Origin: the human T2T-CHM13v2.0 reference genome, Homo sapiens
NCBI RefSeq assembly: GCF_009914755.1
Contig: NC_060930.1
Length of the DNA stretch: 64,000 bases
Direction: 5' to 3' (one strand)
Shown here: positions 1 to 15,020 of the stretch, one piece after another
Layout of the letters: each line of letters opens with the position of its first letter
How positions within the stretch are numbered: the stretch's first letter is position 1
Translations under genes and position numbers: made by a program
Notes under the pieces: model-generated
Seen by the model: only the letters and a program-made list of their open reading frames with translations
Databases searched by the model: none
Told to the model about the DNA's origin: nothing

Positions 1-211
1 GCTCTGGATGCCGGTCACTGCGCGGGGTGGGAGGCCGGGCGCCCACTCCGAGTCCTGGAGAACGGCGGTGCCATCACAGTTGGAAGCGCGGGGTTCTGAG
101 GCCCTGGCCTCCCTCACCCCGGCTACAGGGACCCGGTGGGCTGGACCCCCAAGTGGAAGGAAGCGCATCTGCTCCAGCCAAGTGGCCACAGGCTCAAGAG
201 GGAGGAACCTA

Positions 212-1597
<1,386 letters not shown>

Positions 1598-1604
1598 CTA
1601 GTCT

Positions 1605-1610
1605 TCACAT
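1605..1610 (-). other. Minimal start-stop uORF (ATG-TGA) upstream of the extended ATG
   Basis: Minus strand gcacaATGTGA with A at -3. It is the only minus-strand ATG I find between 1441 and ~2050. Confidence 0.45.
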
Positions 1611-1891
1611 TGTGCTCGGCTTGGGTTGCGGGAGGACCCGGGCCTGGGGGCCAGGCCCCGGCGACGGCGCCTGGCTACCCTCAGGCGCGCACAATCGGCG
1701 TCCTCCCGGGCCGGGGCTAGGGACGGCGGAGACCCTCCCTGCAGGCGTGGCGTGGTGTGTGCGCGCTCCGGCGGCTGAGCCTCGGCGGCTTCTCGAAAGC
1801 AGCGGAGAAAAGCGCCGCAGTGCCGCTGCCCGTGGAGGCGGTGGTGGCGGCGGCGGCAGAAGACGCCCACTGGCGGAGCAGGCGCTCCCCA

Positions 1892-1913
1892 CGCCGCCGC
1901 CGCCGCCGCCGCC
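1892..1913. repeat. (CCG)n tract in the promoter/5' leader
   Basis: cgccgccgccgccgccgccgcc. Confidence 0.85.
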
Positions 1914-4900
1914 TTCCGCGCCCACGTAGCGCGCCCCGCGGGACTCGGCCCCTGCGCCAGGCTCCCGCACCCGAGTGATCCTCTGTGCGCCGCCTGCACC
2001 CGGGGCCGGGGCGGGCGGACAGAGCAACCGCTGCGTCTCTGCCCTGCCTTGTCACATCTGGGTCCGGTGTTTCGGATTCTAAATCCTGAGTCCTGCAGCT
2101 GCTCCAGCTGTGCGCTGCTGGGCGAGCCACGTCGGCCTGCCCGTTGCCCGAGCCAGGGAATCCTCCTGGTAGCGGGCCAGCAGCTCCGACCCAGCTGTGC
2201 TCAGTCAGAGTTCCCGGGAGAGAGTTCCAACTCGGACCTTTGGTTGGAGTTTAAATCAACTCGCAGTGTTTCCCATAAACTAGGGTTTGAAATACGGTTC
2301 CTCCCCAGGACTCCCTTTCGCATACTCACTTTAAAACGAACTTCGTGTGCACAAGCCCAGTTTGCCTTGGTTGGGGTTAGAGAACGGAAAGGGCAAACTG
2401 TGGCCAAAAATGAGCAAGACTGTGCGATCATTGCCCCAAACCCTGAGACCGCCTTGCCATATGCGGCTCTCTTGGACACCCCCACCCCCTTCCGTAGCCA
2501 TGAATCCAGGCAGTTGCCACTGAAGGGAAATGAGCCGCCCAATGGGCGCTCAGAACTAGGAGCCGCCAGAAGTTTGGGGAAGTTGGAGCGCAAGAGCGCA
2601 CACAGATGCACAGGTGTCCGCGTTCGGGCAGGCACGCGCGGCGGGGCCACCATGGCGCGCTGGGTCCGAGGAGGGGCGGTGGCTGTGCTGTTCCACGGTG
2701 GCACGGGCTGTCCGGACTGCCTGGACGAGGTCACCTTCCCCGGAGTGGAGCACACGCGCCAAAGCTCAGCTTTCACGAAGGGCAAAACGGTCACCCAAGC
2801 GCCAGGCGTGCGCTACAGTGCAGCAACTGGGTTGACCCAGGGCCCTGGGCTCCCGGTGTGCCCCGGGTCCCGGGGCCATTTCTCGCCCTCCACGTTTTCT
2901 TCTTTCTATCCAGTTTCACATGTTTATTTTGAAGCGTGCTCCAGATTCCTCACTAGTCGATGCTTTCCCCGACTCCCATCCAAACTCCCCCCAATGGAAA
3001 ATAACACTTTTGTATTTGCACCAAGCTGAGCAGTTGGGATGCAAAGGACATGCTGGGGCTCCCCTCCCCCAGTAAAGTCCACAGACGTCTCCGCGATTGC
3101 CGGGCAGATTCTGAGTGTCGCGTGTAACGGGCATCAGACTTGGCACTCACTAGGTCAGAATCCCTACATTTGTGGAAGAAGAAAATGATTCCTGTGACTC
3201 TTACCTTAGGGGCGCTGCCCTTGTTTCTGAATTTTTTCGGCAAAGAAAAAAACTGCAATGGTTGAGCCAGGCTGCCGGCAGCCTCCCGGCTTGACGCTTC
3301 TCCAGCCGTGCAGAGTCCACTCCGGTTACTTTGCTGCGAGTCCGGAGTTTGTGCTTTCGCGACTGGACCAGGCAGCAAGGGTCTGAGGGCTGCCCACACA
3401 TTTAGGGAAGTCGAGTTTCTCCTCAAGTGTTTATTGTTTATTCCTTTACACGCAAAATTGTTTCTCCTTGTCATTTAAGTTTCTTTATTTGCATTTTGGA
3501 GTTACTAAATCTATTTTTCAGTTCCAAGAAAATATACATTTAACTTGCCCATAAGCCCCCTTGCGGGCGCAGGAGACAGGGTGGGAAACCCCAAATATTT
3601 GTCCTGGGAGCCCTTATTAAATCAGGAGGCAAACTTTAAAATTTTCATTAACCCTTTCCCAGAATCAACCTCCTGTTTACCTTTCGTCCTTTTCTCCAAG
3701 TGCTTGCTGGAAGGGACGTTTTCCTGGACAAATTAAAAATCACAAGGCATAACAACGGAAAAGAAAACAACTTGAGGATGGAGTTTACTGATTAGCTCTG
3801 AAATTTTCATACATGATCTCCCTCCTTCATACTGGTGTCCACGTTTGTTACTGTAAGTCTCAGAGGCATTCAGCCACTTTCTTTTCTTCATGAACTTTGC
3901 TTAGGTGAAGACTTTAATGACAAAGGCGCAGACATACAGGGTCTGTCACTCACCCGTGCTCAGGTGGCTGCTGCGCCTGGAGAACGCGCTGCTTGCGGAT
4001 TCCTTTCCTTCCCTTTGAGTTTCTTTACTGATATATCAGAAGGAGGAGAGGGCTGTGACACTACACTTTTGTTACTCCAAACCTTTTGTGAATAAACGCA
4101 CCGGCCCATAACGGAGGGAACACTGCATTCTGATAGTTCCCATAAAGACTGCAATATAGTTACATGACAAAAGGTTATTATACTATAGCTCAACTTAAGC
4201 ATACTGTCATTATTAGGAGAAGAGGAAGAGCGATGGCAGAAATTCACAATGTTGCAGTGCTCTTGGTAAAATAAACAATTTTCCTTACTTTCAGCTGAGG
4301 AAATTCCAAGCCCACGTTGCAAAGAAAAAAAAAAAACTAAAAGAATATTAAGAGGGTAGTTAACACCAGGTGCCAAAATAATGATGACCATCATTTTAAA
4401 AGAATATAAAACACTTGTCTGTGCCTTTTACCAAGGAAAATAATCAAGAGTTTTGTATTGCTAATGAAACTTTAAATTAGTGGACCTATACAACCATAAG
4501 TATATTTAAATTCTCCAAACATTCTTCTATATGTTGTTATTTTTAAATCAAGTTAATTCTGTATTGCTTTTAGTATTTATGCCTCACATTTATTTATAGA
4601 GGAAACAATACCTGCCTGATTGTTAATTTGGATTTTATGTTCTTAAAAACATGCGTCTAGGTACAGCCTAAGAAATTTTGAAATGAGGATTTTCCTTTAA
4701 AAAGTATGAAATTTCTTCATGATAATTTAGCCATGCACCCATTTTAATAACCTAAGAGCTAGGTTTGTAACTAACATGGTTAATATTTTATGAACTTTTT
4801 GGTAAATATGCAAATCTGTGTCTTAACTGATTTTAGTTTACAACTGTGGATATTAGTGCTTACAGTTGTAAATTTCACATCATTGATTCTTGAAAACCCT

Positions 4901-5825
4901 GTTTCCTTTTTTAAATAATAACCTTTCTTTATGAATATATAAAAGCAAAGAAAACTAAATGTTAAACTCATCTACTTATACAGATGTCTACCAAAATGCA
5001 CGTTCCCTTTACCGTGATTTTAATTTTTGTAACTTATTTAAAATGCATAGCAAAATAAATCATAAGCAAGTGTTTATTGTTCCCAAGCTCAATAAAATTA
5101 TGTGCGTTTTACATATCAGACTTTTTCCATTTAATAGCTAGCAAATTAATGTAAATGTCATTCAGGTGTGATGTGTCATATCACACAAACTCTCTCCATT
5201 CTAATAGGATACTTTATTTACTACCTGGTGTCATTAAAATGGAGTTCAGCTTCCAGGCATTTATTCACATGCTCCCGGCCCCCCACCCCCGCAGTCCCTC
5301 ACTACAAGTCTTTAGTTTGTATTTCCAGGAAACCTCCTTCAATTTTTCTCATCCCCAATTCATCATAGCTTTGTTGTCTAGACTCCTGGAACTTATGTAT
5401 TTTATCTGCACATATCAACATGTTGGGGTAAGTCTCTTGTTAAGAAAGTTAATGCGCGTGTAATTTGCATTGACAGCTCCATTTTAAACAGCTTGACATC
5501 AGGGAGACTGCCTCTCCAACTATTCATAGCCTTTAATGAAGGCCAGCACACAATAGGCACTCAATAATTGCTGGCCTTCCTGTCACCTGAATGCCAGCTG
5601 ATTACAAATTTCCATTACTATTGATGTTAAGACATCTTGACCAAAGTAAGGGATAGCTTCTTACAGTGTTGTTATAGTCAAACCTAAAATAAAAGGCCAT
5701 TATAATTCTGGTTTTAAAAATATTATGAAAGTCAATACTTCATAGGGGACAGCCTTGAAAACAGACCAAGATGATAAAAACAACTTTAGCTGCCACTAAT
5801 ATTCCTAGATCTTCAGTTTCAATTA

Positions 5826-5982
5826 AATTTTTTTTATTTATTTTTTATTTCCATTGGTTTTTGGGAAACAGGTAGGGGTTGCATGAGTAAGTTCTATGGT
5901 GGTGATTTGTGAGATTTTGGTGCACGCATTACCCAAGCAGTATACCCTGAACCCAATTTGTAGTCTCTTATCCTTCACTCCC
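5826..5982 (-). mobile_element. Short L1 3'-end fragment (L1PB-like)
   Basis: T-rich tail followed by ...ggtgatttgtgagattttggtgcacgcattacccaagcagt..., matching the L1PB 3' UTR in antisense. ttaaatt-like flanks on both sides. Confidence 0.7.
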
Positions 5983-7289
5983 TTAAATTATTTTTATTAA
6001 TTCCAACCAATTAATTGTAAAACAAATTGCAGTTGTATTATCACGTTATGTTTTAAAGCAAGTAAAAACCAGTATAGGTTATATCATTATTTATTTAATA
6101 AACATCAGAATAGTTTTTAATTTTTAAATTAGAATTCGTTATAATTTTTAAATTGTAAATAAAATTAGTTTTTAATTAGAATATTTTTGATGAGATGCAA
6201 ATGGTTAAAACAATATTTCAAATAGGTGTGAAGAATCCATTCTATCTGAGAAAGGGGTTATGTGTGTTTCTTTTTTTTTTTTTTAAGGCTTCTCTTCAAT
6301 GACAGAAACGTGTGTTTCTTCATTAAAGTAAAACCCAAGCGGAGATTTTCACTAATAAAAAGAAAAACATTAATTATCTCCTGAAAATAAGCTCTGCATA
6401 ATGGCCGTATGTAGCCATGAAGATACTGGTGTTAAAAAGTATTGCTGAGATTATATAATCAATACTAAGTTCTTAGGATAACCATGTGAATATTAACTCT
6501 ATTATATAACACTGCTGTGTTATGACACAGAAGTATATTTCAAAGATGTTGCCATTAAAAAATACCAAGTCACTGTAGAAATCCATTGGCATTTGTAGAG
6601 TGCTGAAACAGTTTTCAGTTCTTAAAAACAGATGCAAGTTAGAACACAACAATGAGTTCTGTTTAAATAATCAACACTTTCACCAAACTTTTACAAGTCA
6701 AATATATCAATTGTGTTTGAGACTGTGTTTTAAGAATTAAATAAAAGCAGTGTGAGATAATTATATTTCAATAAGAATAATAAGCCTAAAAGACAGAAAA
6801 TACTTCTTTAAGAGAACTAAAGTCTGGTTTAAAGCTTTTAAATAGAAAGAGGTCATAGAGGGACATTCTGGATAAAAAGGGTTGGCTGGGGGCTGAAATT
6901 ATAAAAGATGGTATACCCTGATTTCTATGGACACCTTTTGTACAAATGGGTATACAAGTCTCGCAAGGGCTGCCAAAATTGCCACTGAGTTTATCTCACC
7001 ATGATACTACCTCAGTGCCTACACGAATTACTATGTGATGTTTAAAATGTGTATTGTTCATGTTGCTTGAAATAAGTAGCTCTTCATCTGTTACTCTGGA
7101 ATCTTTTTCTTGCAAACATTTTAAATTTTGATAACCCAATTTTTATAATAGGCCTTGGCATGTATACAAGGGGTTCGATGCAGTTACAGGAGAAAGAAAT
7201 GTTGGCTCTTCCAGATTTATCTCAGAAGTAAGGATTAAAATGGCTCATTTAATCCAGGGACTTGGAGAACTGATTCCTTTCTCTTTACA

Positions 7290-7457
7290 GAGAAAGAAAG
7301 AAAATAAAAGAAAAAGAAAGGAAAGGAAGGAAGAAAGAAAAGAAAGAAAGAGAGAGAGAAAGAAAGAAAAGACAGAAAGAGAAAGGAAGGAAGGAAGGTA
7401 GGAAGGGAGGGAGGGAGGGAGGAAGGGGAAGGAAAGGAGGGAGGGAGGGAGGGAGGG
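7290..7457 (+). repeat. Polypurine (GAAA/GGAA/GGGA)n tract
   Basis: About 170 bp of nearly pure A/G, grading from GAAA to GGAA to GGGA units. Confidence 0.9.
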
Positions 7458-10400
7458 TTCTTTCACATGGGTGAAGTGTTCTGACATCAGATCTTGACTT
7501 TTGCACAGGTTTTAATGAGGAGACAATGCTTTTTGTCCCTGAGCTTCTCTTGTTCAAGTGCAGAACAGAAAAAGGAGAGAGAAAGTTTGATGCAGGGATC
7601 AGGCCTCCTCAGCCGCTGATGCCTCATGATAGAAGCACCGTGGCTTCTCAAGGACTGTAGGTTACAGAAGGCTCCCGTCTAGACTGAGTCAGGCCTGGTG
7701 GCTGGCACACACACAGTCTACCCAGTGTCTGCAAGAGCAGCCAATTGGGAGACGTAAGTAGAACTTGGTATATTAAATCTTTTGAAATGAACCCTTATGA
7801 GGAAAATAACTCACAGAAGCCAAAAGATGAGCGACCTTGTTTTTTCAGCTGTGTTTGTTCTCTATAGGACTGATTAGTGAGCCAGAGACACCCGGTGCTA
7901 ACTCTCAGACTGGGAGTTAAAGGAAGGGGCAGTTCAGACGAGCAGCATATCTTCCATAATCCCGTGGCCATATTCATTTTATTTGGCTCAGAAATTGGGG
8001 TTTAATTACTTTATGCTTACATGCTGCACTAATATTGCCATCATCAACAAAGGAAAGGTCAACAAAGGAGGATCTCCTCCCCCACTCCAGAGCTCCTTGG
8101 CACTGGCATGATTTTCCTGATGGTGAAAGATACATGTAAATAGTAATTGATAAGGGTTTTATTGTTTCCAAGTACAGTCAATGAGTACAGCCTGGGAGCT
8201 AACCCTTGCAAGTCTCCTGAATTCAAATCACTGTCTCCTCACTTGACTCCAGGTATCCAGTTAGATTATTATGACTTACTGGTGGCATGAAAGCTTACTT
8301 TTCTCCTCCCTCCAACACTCCTATCTGTATAGAGATTTCCACTGGAAATTTCCAGAGATCTCTACCCAGGAATATTGTGCTTGTCCTGCCCTATACTTTC
8401 CTGATTTGAAACATCCATAATAAATCTCAATTTTACTTTCTACTTATTATAAGAAATTCATCTGCTGAGCCCAGAGAACCTCAGGCTGAAAGACACCACT
8501 AATGTAACAAGGCAAAATTCAAATTTAAAAAAGAATACACCAAGGCTAAGTGGCATTAAAGTATTTGTGGGTTTTGCTTTCCATGTCATACTGGTCATTT
8601 TGTAAAGGACCCAATTGGCCCCAGCCCAAGTATGTGCACTAGTGGTGAACTGGCCAGAAGGGACACCTGGAAGGTTGCATTTGCAAGAAGCTGCACCACC
8701 TGGCAGGGAGCAGAAGCAATAATCCAGCCACACACCAATGGTGGACGGCTCCTGGGGAATCAAAGAGAGAAAGCTTCCAGTGGGTAAATAATGTGCACAT
8801 TCCATGTCGATTTTGTGTATCCCTTCCTTCCCAAAACGACTGACAGCAGATCTCTGGTCCTTGTGTGAGCATCTTGATGCAAGGATGCAGCTTGTTTTAT
8901 TGCATGTAACTGACATAGCCCTAATCCACCTCTTAACACGAGTCACAAAGAAACGCATTTCAGCAAAATACAGGAAACAAAGGGTGGCTTTAAGACAATT
9001 ATATCATAGTTACCATTGAGCTGCTGCTGCTTTTTTCCATCTGAAACATAAAGGCCTTCCCACAGGTACACTGAGAAATATAAAGGAACATCATTAACTT
9101 GGATTCAACCCATTTGATCCCAGAAGTTTAGGCAAGATTAACGTGTGCATTCTGAGCAATTCTCTTGCTTGATTAAAAACTTGGAATTGAACAACTAAAA
9201 CCAAGCTAAAAATTACTGTAATTTTTATCTGATAATCTTATGTAATTGACAAACAAATCAGGATATAATCACCTTAATTTAAATGTGAATACTTCCTATA
9301 AATGCCTTTTTCTTGTTTCTGGAGTTAACTAGAAGAAGTGGCATTGTGTCTGGGGAAACTGGTCTAGTTAGAAGGGGTAAACAGGGTTTAAGATTCCTGG
9401 GGTCTTAAAATATCCCAACCTGTTAGCATTATCCATACTTTCAGTGAAGAATGAAATGGATATAAATGTATTCAAGCAAATTTAGAACTTAAGTGGCAAA
9501 AGGACCCCTTAGATGGGTTACTACGGTAGAGTCTCACAGTGTGCAGGAAGTGCTGATCTTATTATCTTAAAGCTGCAAGTTGTCCCTATTGATCACATTT
9601 CATTGCCTTCTAATTTTTGGAGTCTAACAAATGGCACTTTATACGTCTACAGACTAGGGTTATCTGACCCATCTTTCCGATCAGATTGTACTGGTAAAGA
9701 GTCTGATTTCCTAGGTTTTCAACATATCAATGTTAGAATCACCCTTTTTGGGTAAAACGTTCACTAATTTTTTTTTTTTTAAGAATCAACAACAAATGAT
9801 GCTTGCTACAAATTCCCAAAGTCTACTTGTTTTTGTAAATGTCATCTGGTGATAGGCTAGAGTGAAACCCTCTTCTGTTTTTTTAACTACCTTGATTAAG
9901 CTTTTCTAACCCTCTCCCTGAAACAGGTAAACTTGGTAATTTTATTATTTTGGGAATATAGTAAGCACAACGACCCATGAGTGATCACAGAGTGAGCATA
10001 ACCCCTGAAGAGCCCGAATTCAGCCCAGGTGCCTCTGCCCATTTACTGCCCAGAACTGAACATGAGCCCATTCACAGGGCCACTTAGGATTGAGGTCCAC
10101 CCAGGAAGAGGAAGCCAGCTGCTCATGCTGCCACCTTCCCGTTGGCTGCTGTGTATATCTCTCCATGACTGTGTTCAGCATGACTGCACTCAAAGGACCC
10201 AATTAATTCACTTCCATCACTACTCGTAGAAGCCCTTAGAGGCAGCTTTAATAGCTAGGATTTAGGCTCGTTTTATAGATTTCGCACACATGGATTATAA
10301 AACGGATGAAAAGCAGCTAGATATCACACACACACACACACATATATATAGTGTGCTTTATATCATATATATGTGTGTGTTTACATATATACAGTGTGTG

Positions 10401-10891
10401 TGTGCTTTATTCTCTAAGGCAGGATGTTTATATTCAGTATTCACAGATTTCTGTATTTCTTAAAGGGAGATCATTTTATAGGGGCATCAGTTAAAATGGT
10501 CTCCCCATATAAAAGCAAGTTTACACATTAAATATCTCTATTTTATAGCGAAGTTATTAATATATGCCATGAAACTCTATCCCATCTGTTTTCAGTCAAA
10601 CTATATTACTTCCGTAACCGTAAAATACTGGTGAAGTCTTATCTTACGTTTTTGAAATCTGATTTAAGCAAATCTCATATAAACAAGTTTTCAGAAGACA
10701 GATCAATATAGATACTCCCATGAACACTGAAAATTGTTCCTGTATTTACAACTTGATTTCATTGACAGTAAAGATTTCCACAGTTTATCAGAAACTCATT
10801 AATTACGTAAAGGTATGTGTTTCTCATGTATACCTTACTGGTCAATGGTATAAGGCAAGCTCTTTAAGCCTGCCAAAAACCTTTAAGAATA

Positions 10892-11558
10892 CAGACGCTC
10901 CTCAATTTAGGACAAACACATCATAAGCTGAAAATATCCTAAGTCAAAATGCACTTAATACACCTAACTTAACAAACATCAGGGCTTAGCCTAGCCTGCC
11001 TTAAATGTGCTGAGAACATTACAGTTGGGCAAAACTACAAAGCCTATTTTATAATAAAGTGTTCAATATCTCATGTAACTTATTGAATACTGTCCTGAAA
11101 GTGAAAAACAGTGGTTGGATGGTGGTACGGTTTGGCTGTGTCCCCACCCAAATCTCATCTGGAATTATAGCTCCCATAATTCCCTCATGTTGTGGGAGCC
11201 ACCCAGTGGGAGATAATTGAATCATGAAGGCAGTTTCCCCCATACTGTTCTCATGGTAGTGCTAAGGGGAAACCCCTTTGCTTGGCTCTCACACTTCACT
11301 TGTCTGCCGCTATGTGAGACGTTCCTTTCACCTTCTGCCATGATTGTGAGGCCTCCCCAGCCACATGGAACCATGAGTCCATTAAATCTCTTCTTTTGTA
11401 AATTGCCCAGTCTCAGGTATATCTTTATCAACATCGTGAAAACGGACTAACACAGATGGGTACTCAAAGAACGGTTTCTCCTGAATACCTATCATTTTCA
11501 CACCATCATAAAGTCAAAAAATCTTTAAATTGAACCATCATAAGTTGGGAACCATTTG
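10892..11558 (+). mobile_element. MER47A-like TcMar-Tigger DNA transposon, interrupted by a THE1 LTR
   Basis: TA|cagacgctcctcaattt ... gggaaccatttg|TA termini and the internal gcttagcctagcctgccttaaatgtgct motif. The two halves rejoin across 11123-11454. Confidence 0.75.
11123..11454 (+). mobile_element. THE1-family (ERVL-MaLR) solo LTR
   Basis: TG...CA ends (tggtacggtttggctgtgtccccacccaaatctcatct ... aaaacggactaacaca) with a 5-bp TSD GATGG at 11118-11122 and 11455-11459. Confidence 0.9.
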
Positions 11559-12719
11559 TAATTCCAGCAATTCACTGTGACTGAGTGCAGTTGCCAGTCC
11601 TTTTTGGTTGTAAATGAATACTCCCCTCCACACCTTTGCCATGAATTAAATAAGGTAACAGCAGAGCCCACACCACTCCTAGCAGTTCAACCTAACTAAC
11701 CACTTAAGTCTCAGACCTGTCATATCTAGGTGAACTGACCCAGAAAGTAGTCACTAAATATGGTATAACTCTGAAGAAAATAAAATCAGTGAAAATTTCA
11801 ACTTTTCAACAGATAAACTAGATGGAAGAAGGAGAAAGGGATGTGCACTTTAGAACTAGATATGGCACAGATTCCCATGAATGGTTAACCCCTAGTGCAT
11901 GTATATAGAATTCTATTTACAAAAGCCAACATGGTATTTAGTATACAGGTTCTTCCAGGAGTCCATAGCCCCACTCTGACGTACACTATTCCAAAGTGAG
12001 AAAAGCATAGCCATGCAAGATTTTAATTGTTTTATTTTGTGTCACAGCAGATTTGGATTTATTGTAGCTTCTCTATTGGATTTGGAAAGGCGAGGGTTAA
12101 AACCTCGCCGGAGCTGCTGACCCCTGTACCTAGGCAAGATGATCTCCGCAGACCTTCTTGCAGCCCTATAATTCAGGCCTCTTCAGCCACTTCTGGTTTC
12201 AGAATATCAGTTTGTGTATTTATTTGTACTTTCCCTTATTTTACATGTTAGTTTTAGCGATACATTCTGTCTTCACACTTTCATGTTTTGTTTTGAAATT
12301 TTTATCATGTGTATTCAGCTCCTTTGTTTTTAGTCTTTCTTCTTTAATGGTGAAGGCATTTCTGCCAATACAGAGTTTTTCCCTGAGTTGAGCTTTTGGG
12401 GATTCCATAGGTTTTAAAATAAAATATTCCTTTCTTATATGTTTCTAAATGGTTTTAAATTTCAGTTTTAATATTCTCTTTGATCCACGGGTTATATAGA
12501 AGCGTGTTTATGAATTTCCAAATAATAAAGAATATTATCAGCCACATTATTAGTTTAGTTGAGTTTTGGATTACGATAAAATAATGTGACTTGAAAGATC
12601 TCTAATTTAAAATTTTTTTAAAGTGTTTCCGTGTCCATAGATATGATCGATCATATTTTATAAATGTTTCCCAGGAAAGAAAAACCTGAGCTGGTCAGAA
12701 GCACACAGAAACAAAGACT

Positions 12720-12958
12720 GTAGCCTTTGTTCTAGAGACTCATTGCCCAGGTTCAAATCTTGCCTTTACCCCTTTCCCATTCCACAGTTCCCTTGGACAA
12801 AATATAGACTTTTGCCGAACTTCATTTTCCATCTTTAAAATGGAAGCATGGAAACAATAGCCGTGTCTCCCTCTTAGTGTTGCCGTGAGGATGACTAAGA
12901 TTATGTGTATGGAAATGCCTCCAGTGGTCCCTGGCGTGCAGCAGGCACTCAGCAGGAA
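12720..12958 (+). mobile_element. MIR SINE
   Basis: ccaggttcaaatct..., catctttaaaatgg, gttgccgtgaggatgact, ggcactcag resemble the MIR core. Confidence 0.6.
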
Positions 12959-14334
12959 AAGAAAAAAAAAAAAAGGTGTGGTTCTGTCAGTCAGAATAGA
13001 CCTGGCCTTAAATTCTAGATCCGCCACATCCCAGCTGCCCATGGAAGTTCCTTTCTATTCTGAGCTCCCTGCTGATGCGCAGTGGGGAGAAAGCGGAAGT
13101 GGCTGTGGGGATTCAGATTGACGTGCGTGCGTGGGAACCGTGAGACCACTGCCTGGCTTAGAGCAAATGCCCGCCAACGACTGGCTCCTGGTGTTTTTAT
13201 GAGGACTATAAAATGAGAAAACGTAAAATGGCTCGCTAATGATCTTTTCGCCTAACTCACTATTCCTAAGGGACTGGCCAGGACAAAGGAAAGCCAATGG
13301 GCTTATCACAGAAGGAGAGAAGCTGCTAGCAGCTCAAAATGCCTGAATTTGGATTACTTTCCCAAACAAGGGCACGGAGGCAGAATGTGTACATAGTCAG
13401 TTGCCTCTGAAAGTTGTAACACTCACTTCCGGCATAAGCTTCCAGTTAGGAAGTTTTCCTGCTTTATGGTTCATCCCTTCCCCAGTTCTTAAAGCTGGAA
13501 GTTTTTGTTGTTGTTGTTGTTTTCTGAGTGCCTCTTTCTCGTTCACTCTTAGACTCCACACTTCTCTCTGAGTCATTGCCTTGTCCATCCAGGTGCCCAC
13601 AGCACACACCAACCCACTGCAAACAAGACCTTTTCTCCTGGGAGAAAGCCTCAACGTTTTCAAGCTTGAGTTTTCAGAGTAAGTCATCTTAGTGATGAGA
13701 AGGAGGTGAAGACATCGCAATAATTTAATACTAGAAAATCAATAGTTTTGTCTATGCCTATGCCTGTCCCAAAAGTCTGGCTACATTTACAATGTAACAT
13801 TGTTATTCTGAAAATAGGTAAATCTTATCTACTTTTTCCCAGCCTGAGATTTAAGTATCTGCTTTGTTTGTTTGTTTTTGTTGAACATGTGCTAAGCAGA
13901 AAGACCAAACCATAAAATTTTACATTTCATCCTTGGAAAATGTAAATAACGTTGGACTGCATGCTGGAAGACTCAACAGTGTTTATACATGCATGAGTCT
14001 ATATACAAGAGTTTATTTTTATTTGATAAAAATGAAGTATATTTTTCTCTAAGTATATTCTTGGTATTGAGAAAGAGAAAAAAGCTTTTAAAATATTAAA
14101 TTCAAATTTTTCATAGAAGACTTGTGTTCTATATTTAAAGTAAGATCATTTAAAATAGACGTACAAATACTGTCATGGTATTTGTGTGTGGAGGCCTCCA
14201 GAGAAAATCTGAAAATGGAAAAGGACTCCTAGTCTTCCCAAATCACATCAGGCTAGAGAAACAAAACAGAATTGTTGTTGCTGAGGGATTTTGGGGTGAC
14301 CTCAATGCCAAGCCTCATGCCATACTGGAAAATT

Positions 14335-14460
14335 ATTCATTTATTTAACAAATATTTAGTGTCTACTACGCACCAGGATTCTGGGTGCTTGGGATATGTA
14401 AGTCAACCAAAAAAGACAAAAACTCCTGCTCCTATGAAACATATATTCTAGAATGGAAAA
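14335..14460 (-). mobile_element. L2 3'-end fragment
   Basis: attcatttatttaacaaatatttagtgtctactacgcaccagg is the typical antisense L2 tail. Confidence 0.55.
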
Positions 14461-14471
14461 TAAAAGGTAAT

Positions 14472-15020
14472 AGGTTTCTCAAAGAACCAAAGTATAACTA
14501 ATATTTGATCTAGTTACTGGGTATCTACCCAAAGAACATCATTATATCAGGAAGATACCTAAACTTGTATGTTTATTGCAGGACTATTCACAATAGCAAA
14601 GATATGGAATCACCCTAAGTGTCCGTCAGCTAATGATTGGATAAGGAAAGTGTCGTATACATGGAAGACTCCTTAGCCATAAAAAGAAGGAAATCATGTT
14701 TTTTGCAGCAACAGGGGTGAAACTGGAGGCCATTATCTTAACTGAAACAACTCAAAACCAAGAAGTCAAGCACTGCATATTCTCACTCAGAAGTGTGAGC
14801 TGAAAAATGTGTACACATGGATGTACAGAGTGGAATCACAGACTTTGGAGACACAGAAGGGTGGGAAAGTGGGAGGGAGGTGGGGGATAAGAAAATTGCC
14901 GATTGGGTACAATATACACGATTTGGGCAATGGCCACACTAAAGTCCAGACTTCACCACTATGCACCATTTCCATATAACATAACTGCACTTGTAGCCCT
15001 TCAATTTATAAAAGTAAACA
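14472..15020 (+). mobile_element. L1 3' fragment (L1MA-like): ORF2 end plus 3' UTR
   Basis: gtttattgcaggactattcacaatagcaaagatatggaatc, ttttgcagcaaca...ctggaggccattatc, attctcactca, gacttcaccactatgc. Confidence 0.8.
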
